Shown here: positions 17,206-22,193 of the stretch, in pieces
How positions within the stretch are numbered: position 1 is the stretch's first letter
Layout of the letters: every line of letters starts with the position of its first letter
From: Pseudomonadota bacterium
Lineage (GTDB): Bacteria > Pseudomonadota > Alphaproteobacteria > RF32 > CAG-239
DNA: 22,193 nt
Assembly (NCBI GenBank): GCA_918234285.1
Contig: CAKJXZ020000049.1
Coordinates: forward strand, 1-22,193
Direction of reading: 5' to 3'
Notes under the pieces: generated by a model
Seen by the model: only the letters and a program-made list of their open reading frames with translations
Database searches by the model: none
Told to the model about the DNA's origin: nothing
Made by a program: the position numbers and the translations under genes

Positions 17206-20200
17206 TTAAAAAGCGTATTTAAAGTCAATCCAGCCGCTGTGGTCTTGATAATGCTTGCGGAATTTAGCCTCATAACCGACACCGATTTCCGTGTTGTCAT
17301 TAAGCACAACCGTGGAACCGATACCGATTTCAACTCCGAAACGCGGCATACTCTTGCCGTCTACGGTATAGCTTGTACCGTTCGGCAAACTTACGACGGC
17401 ATCGTCACTGTCACTGATAACGTCATACATAATCCCCGCATACGCATTCGGTTTGAATATGCCGTAAGTAGTTTCGGCCTTAACTCCCAATGTTGTGCGC
17501 AACAAGTCCAAATCGTTGCCGGAAACGCTCTGCATGGCGCCGTCAACATATCCGTGGCGCTTGATGCGATAATATCTGGCACCCAATTCCGGCGTAAGAT
17601 ATTTAAACGTATATCCGGTTAAGCCTTGTACACTGTATATGTCGGCACTGTAATGCGCATCGATATTGCGACCGAGAACAAATTTATCTTCATCATAATC
17701 GGTTCTGCCATAACTCATAACCCCGTTGACAAACCAGTTGCTCGGACGATATTCGCCGTAAACATATCCTTGAATTGTCTGAATATTCACATCGCGGCGG
17801 AAAGCGTTTACGTCGGTGTCGTCAAATTGCATACCGATACCGACTTTAGTACCGTGGGCAACTTTTTTATCCACACCGGCAATAAAGCCGCGGTCATCGG
17901 CATCATAGCCGTAGGTGTCGCCGTGGTCTTGCATCTTTGATTTGGCATAATAAGTTTTAATCCACGCTTTGACGTTGCTCAAATCAGGTTTTCCGTCGCC
18001 GGAAGACAATCCGCTGTCCAAATAAGTTTTTATCAGGTGATTATCCACCGTCAACAACAATCTGTCAGTCAAATCAATCAACGCGGTTTGCGCCATACCG
18101 TCATCATTCGGTGCCAACGCCGTCAAAACTTTATTGAATTCCACACCGTCGGTTTGCGCCAAACGCGCCAAATCATCGGCAATACCCTGCGCCGTCGGAT
18201 TACTGTGCGACGGGCCGTCAACCCACGCACCGGCCGCTTTCTGATTGCTTTCGGTTCCGCCGTTTTCACGCGAAATATCTTCGGCGGTTTCGGTCTGATA
18301 CACTCCGTAAATACCGGACTTTTCCGATTTACGCACAAAGTTGTACATATTGTTGTGGAACTCGTCTTTGAAGTTGTTGTTATTGATATCCGAGCCGTCA
18401 CTCAAGCTGAGTAATGCAACTTCGCCGGTCTTCTTACCGTCCAGCGGATTCTGCCCGAAAGTGATATCGATGGTTGCACCGTTGGCAATATCAAAGCTGT
18501 CGGCCTTAATTGCACCGAAAGTCTGCAAATTATCAACATTAAGGGTCAACTGTGAATCTTTGTTGAAGGTTGCATGGCGCAAGTTGATTTTGCTATTACC
18601 TACATTCACTTCCGAGCCGGATTCGGCAACCAAATCAACGTTTTTGCCAAAGCTGTCCGTCGTTGCCGTTGCTTTAACTCCTTGCAATACAACTTTGTTG
18701 TTGCTGACTTTTTTATTGCTCAAATCGACATCGCTCAACATATTGACGATACCGTCGTTGCCGTCAATGTTTGCAAATTCGGTATTTGTTAAGTCAACAG
18801 AGCCGTTGTTGGTAATGTTATTTACCGTGCTGTTGCTCAAGGCAGCTTTGCCGTCGTTGGTAAACGTTGCAATATCGGTACTATCGGCTTTAAAATCATC
18901 GTTATTGGTAACATCGTCAGCGGAGCTACCGGTCAAATTCGCCGAGCCGTCATTAGTCAGCGTTGTCAGTTTGGAATCCTTAGCGGTTAAGGAGCCTTGG
19001 TTGACGATTTCGCCCTCTACCTCGGCATTATTCGCGCTAAATGTACCGGCATTATTCAACGGAGCATCACCTTTGAGGTTAACATCAGTCAAAGTCAAAG
19101 ACGCGCTTTCCGGCACATCAAAATTGTCGTGACCGTCCAAATCAATCGTCGATTTCTGTGCGCCGTCGGCCACACCTTTAATCGTCAGATTACCGTAAGT
19201 TTCGCCCAAATCGTCACCCAAGGTATAAACTTCATCGGCTGTACCGGCCGTAAAGTTTTTATCCGCCAGTTGTGCCTGATTGACGAGCACCAACGTATCG
19301 CCGAGTTTTTCCTTAACTTCTGTTGAATCGGTGGAAATTGTTACTCCGATTGAATCGTTTAAGGTACCGGTGGTAGCTAAGCCGAACTGCCCCTCTTTCT
19401 TGGTGGTCTTTACAGTCTTGTTGAATTCATCGCTCCACTTAGTATTCGGTGTTACCTCATCAACCACGGTTTCTTCTTTTTCCGAAATTACGAATTTTTC
19501 TGCCAAGCCATCACTCAAAGCCAATTGCAAAGCGGCCGCATCGGCTGTGCCTTGCGTTTTGAGAACCTGTACTTTGAAACCTTCTCCGATATCGGATTTG
19601 GCACTGTCCACATAATTGAGTTCGCTCAAGGTTACCGTGCCGCTTGAAGCCGTGGCCGCACTTGCGTCGGTGGCAAATGTATCTGCCTTTTTATCTTTGG
19701 TGTTAATATCGATTTTCCACTTGGAGTCGGCATTGGAAGTCAGAGACTTCAGTGAATAATCGTGCAACGTGCCGTCGGTAGTTTCCACGGTAACTTTCTC
19801 AACCGATACATCGCTGTTGCTGATGTCGTTATAAAGCTGTACCGTACCTGTTGCATCGCCGGTGATGGCAACCGCGGCATTTTCGCCGTCGATGGTATCA
19901 TAGAACGTAGCCGTACCGCCATTGGTGGCCGCAATCGTCAAGTTGGCATTATCCATAAATATAGCACTGGCGACATCGTTGATTTTGTTGTCTTTGAATA
20001 AAGTCTGTTTGTTCTCGCCATCGGCGGCAATGGTTAAATCTTTTTTGGTATAAATCGCCGCACCAAAGCCTTCGCCGCTCGCGGTAAAAGTATTGTCGGT
20101 AAAGCTCGCGTTTTTAATGCCGTTGGTAATTTCGCCTTCGTTATAGATTACACCACCGTAAACATTTGTTGCCGAACCGGTGTTTTTATCGAATTTACCG

Positions 20201-21564
20201 CTGATGGAAGCGATAGTGGAAGTACCGCCTTCATCAACTATAGTGTTACCTATAACAGAACCGTAAATATTTCCGGTCAGCGCGGTGGAGGTGTTACCGG
20301 TAAAGTCACCTGTGATGTTTCCCATGGTTGAAATGGTATAATATCCACTTTGATTTGAGATAGTTCCGCCATAAACATTGCCATCCACTGTGTAAGCAAT
20401 GTTATTTTCAAAGGTTCCGGAGATATCTCCGATTACAGATTTTGCATTTATAGTTTCTCCATCTACAATCTCCCAAGTACTAGGATCTATTATAAGGTGA
20501 TAATAGCCAAGAGTTGCGTTAAAAATTGCCGCACCACCGACATGACCGGCATAATCCGTATTAGAGGTTGAAACTACGTAGTTGTTGGCAAATATGGCAT
20601 TACTGATTTCACCGATACCACCATAGTAGTTAACAATAGCACCGCCGAATGCTCCACCGAAATATTGCGCCTGATAGAATCTCTGATAATACGGAATTCT
20701 CTCCGATGGATCTTCAGGCACCGGAACCTGGTAGTACACATGATTTAGGGCAAAAGAATCATTGGTCAAGTATGAGGTAGAAACACCATTGGCAATGAAT
20801 TTACCGGATATTTTTTCTATAACCACAGCTTCTTCCGGTTTCGTCGGGTCAATAGAAATATCGCTAGGCATGTGAAAAATTCCATTTGATATCGCACCAC
20901 CGTAGACAATACCATAGTAATATGCCGTTCCTGCATTAGGGTCGTAACCACCGATTACGGAATTGCCGATAAATGTAGCATCAACGGATTCCAATGTCTG
21001 ATTGTTATTAACAAGAGCACCACCATCATTAAGGTAAAGGTGGTTTGTTAAGTCTGAGGTATATCCCACAAAAACCGTAGGCTTTTCTGTACCTATTATG
21101 TACTTAAGTGTTTCATTGTAGCCTGTTTCATATAAGCGAATAGTAATTGCTGTTCCCCAATGGTAGCCCGAAGGATTGTCAGCAGAACCGCCGAAAACAC
21201 CACCATCAATGGTGGTAAGTGTTTCAGGGTATCCCGGAAGACGATCGTCATCACTCCAAATACGGTGGTCTTGAGCTGCTGTCGAGATATCGGCACCGGT
21301 AGCGTCGGTTAATCTATGCAATTTGTAAACACCGGTAGTTTCATCCTGTACCCATTTGTAATGAAATGATGAAGTTACCGTATCCGAACCTAAACCAGTG
21401 TAAGTAATTTTCTTACCGATATAATCATCAATAATTGCCGCGTTCGCCGGAGTTGCCGCAACAGCCCCCAATGCAAATAAACCCATATTAATCAGAAAAC
21501 ATTTTTTCAAAACACTGCGATATTGTGCAGAAAGTAAACCTAAAGCGGTGCGTGTATAGTTCAT
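17206..21564 (-). CDS. Type Va autotransporter / adhesin-like surface protein (1452 aa)
   Basis: Long signal peptide ending PANA; Asn/Thr/Gly-rich passenger of beta-helix type; C-terminal ~270-aa barrel (AWIKTYY...GYVYGEY...PELGARY...DFKYAF). GGAGG RBS. Confidence 0.92.
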   Translation of the reverse strand: MNYTRTALGLLSAQYRSVLKKCFLINMGLFALGAVAATPANAAIIDDYIGKKITYTGLGSDTVTSSFHYKWVQDETTGVYKLHRLTDATGADISTAAQDHRIWSDDDRLPGYPETLTTIDGGVFGGSADNPSGYHWGTAITIRLYETGYNETLKYIIGTEKPTVFVGYTSDLTNHLYLNDGGALVNNNQTLESVDATFIGNSVIGGYDPNAGTAYYYGIVYGGAISNGIFHMPSDISIDPTKPEEAVVIEKISGKFIANGVSTSYLTNDSFALNHVYYQVPVPEDPSERIPYYQRFYQAQYFGGAFGGAIVNYYGGIGEISNAIFANNYVVSTSNTDYAGHVGGAAIFNATLGYYHLIIDPSTWEIVDGETINAKSVIGDISGTFENNIAYTVDGNVYGGTISNQSGYYTISTMGNITGDFTGNTSTALTGNIYGSVIGNTIVDEGGTSTIASISGKFDKNTGSATNVYGGVIYNEGEITNGIKNASFTDNTFTASGEGFGAAIYTKKDLTIAADGENKQTLFKDNKINDVASAIFMDNANLTIAATNGGTATFYDTIDGENAAVAITGDATGTVQLYNDISNSDVSVEKVTVETTDGTLHDYSLKSLTSNADSKWKIDINTKDKKADTFATDASAATASSGTVTLSELNYVDSAKSDIGEGFKVQVLKTQGTADAAALQLALSDGLAEKFVISEKEETVVDEVTPNTKWSDEFNKTVKTTKKEGQFGLATTGTLNDSIGVTISTDSTEVKEKLGDTLVLVNQAQLADKNFTAGTADEVYTLGDDLGETYGNLTIKGVADGAQKSTIDLDGHDNFDVPESASLTLTDVNLKGDAPLNNAGTFSANNAEVEGEIVNQGSLTAKDSKLTTLTNDGSANLTGSSADDVTNNDDFKADSTDIATFTNDGKAALSNSTVNNITNNGSVDLTNTEFANIDGNDGIVNMLSDVDLSNKKVSNNKVVLQGVKATATTDSFGKNVDLVAESGSEVNVGNSKINLRHATFNKDSQLTLNVDNLQTFGAIKADSFDIANGATIDITFGQNPLDGKKTGEVALLSLSDGSDINNNNFKDEFHNNMYNFVRKSEKSGIYGVYQTETAEDISRENGGTESNQKAAGAWVDGPSHSNPTAQGIADDLARLAQTDGVEFNKVLTALAPNDDGMAQTALIDLTDRLLLTVDNHLIKTYLDSGLSSGDGKPDLSNVKAWIKTYYAKSKMQDHGDTYGYDADDRGFIAGVDKKVAHGTKVGIGMQFDDTDVNAFRRDVNIQTIQGYVYGEYRPSNWFVNGVMSYGRTDYDEDKFVLGRNIDAHYSADIYSVQGLTGYTFKYLTPELGARYYRIKRHGYVDGAMQSVSGNDLDLLRTTLGVKAETTYGIFKPNAYAGIMYDVISDSDDAVVSLPNGTSYTVDGKSMPRFGVEIGIGSTVVLNDNTEIGVGYEAKFRKHYQDHSGWIDFKYAF

Positions 21565-21776
21565 AGTCCTTTTCCTCCTCCATACGGAAAATCAAATGCT
21601 TTAATAAAAGTATACGTGTCAGATACACAGATTCTGTCATAATTATAAACAATAAAGTTTAAAATGTGTTAAAAGCTATTATTTGTCGGTATATTAAATC
21701 GTTTTACTTTACAGCTCAAGAGATAAAATCAGAGTTATGCACTATTAAAAATTTATTTTATCGCAGAACCAGATAT

Positions 21777-21838
21777 GTCATTACGAGGGATGCAGAATCA
21801 GTCGCGTCATTACGAGCCCGTCAAGGCGTGGTAATCTC
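21777..21838 (+). repeat. GTCATTACGAG-type palindromes (one truncated, one complete)
   Basis: GTCATTACGAG at 21777 and 21806. The second continues CCCGTCAAGGCGTG-GTAAT-CTC, pairing ATTAC with GTAAT. Confidence 0.65.
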
Positions 21839-21842
21839 AATA

Positions 21843-22132
21843 CTTCCCCTCTGTCCAATAAAAAAACTCTCCGCAAGGGAGAGTCTTTTTATTGGAGCGG
21901 GCGAGGGGAAAATTTACGGCGCTACACGCCGATAAATTCGTGTGCTTGTTTTCTAAATTCGCTACGGTTGTTTTCACTTCCCTTGCTCATTAAGAAAACT
22001 GCGCCATCAGCACCAAAAACAACATTTTGAGGTTGTTTTTGGCTTGATGCCCTCTCAGGGTTCGCTTCCCCTCTGTCCAATAAAAAAACTCTCCGCAAGG
22101 GAGAGTCTTTTTATTGGAGCGGGCGAGGGGAA
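21843..22132. repeat. 68-bp perfect direct repeat (period 222 bp) containing the tRNA-Gly 3' end and terminator
   Basis: CTTCCCCTCTGTCCAATAAAAAAACTCTCCGCAAGGGAGAGTCTTTTTATTGGAGCGGGCGAGGGGAA at 21843-21910 and 22065-22132. Confidence 0.95.
22076..22118. terminator. Terminator hairpin after tRNA-Gly (duplicated at 21854-21896)
   Basis: ACTCTCC-GCAAG-GGAGAGT stem flanked by pairing A/T tracts and TCCAAT/ATTGGA. Confidence 0.8.
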
Positions 22133-22188
22133 TCGAACCCCCGTTATAAGCTTGGGAAGCTTCTATTCTACCATTGAATTACGCCCGC
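22115..22188 (-). tRNA. tRNA-Gly (anticodon CCC)
   Basis: Minus strand reads GCGGGCG-TAATTCAATGGTAGAATA-GAAGC-TTCCCAA-GCTTA-TAAC-GGGGG-TTCGATT-CCCCT-CGCCCGC-TCCA; 74 nt with encoded CCA. Confidence 0.96.
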
Positions 22189-22193
22189 GTAAC

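Noticed and set aside
18341-19132. 263-aa + strand ORF and other antisense ORFs in the window
   Set aside because: These are shadow ORFs of well-supported genes; the Leu/Ser-rich composition mirrors the codons of the opposite strand.
21843-22132. CRISPR array or prophage attL/attR
   Set aside because: Only two 68-bp repeats with a 154-bp spacer, and no cas or integrase genes in the window.

Overview
A 22-kb core-chromosome window from an alphaproteobacterium, inferred from gene order and protein style and possibly an uncultured gut Rhodospirillales-like lineage. Almost all genes lie on the minus strand. Read right to left: tRNA-Gly(CCC), a 1452-aa autotransporter, rplU-rpmA-obgE-rsfS-rlmH, two divergent paralogous hypothetical proteins, dnaB-ycgN-GIY-YIG-ycgN-M48, an outer-membrane beta-barrel, a DegT aminotransferase, a J-domain protein (+ strand), mutM, an exported protein, rpsT and dnaA-dnaN-recF. 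The most interesting signals are four. (1) A ~430-bp cassette of a small GIY-YIG nuclease plus an inverted CGTC-tagged palindrome pair, bracketed by a duplication of the host stop/RBS/start junction. (2) A dispersed set of GTCAT-tagged hairpins at four loci that conserve structure rather than sequence. Together (1) and (2) suggest a GIY-YIG/REP-like mobile system. (3) Two divergent paralogues with an identical 14-aa C-terminal tail that differs only at synonymous sites, a candidate export or sorting signal. (4) A 222-bp-period fold-back duplication of the tRNA-Gly 3' end that contains an antisense copy of the tRNA T-arm. All calls were made by eye; no database searches were run.
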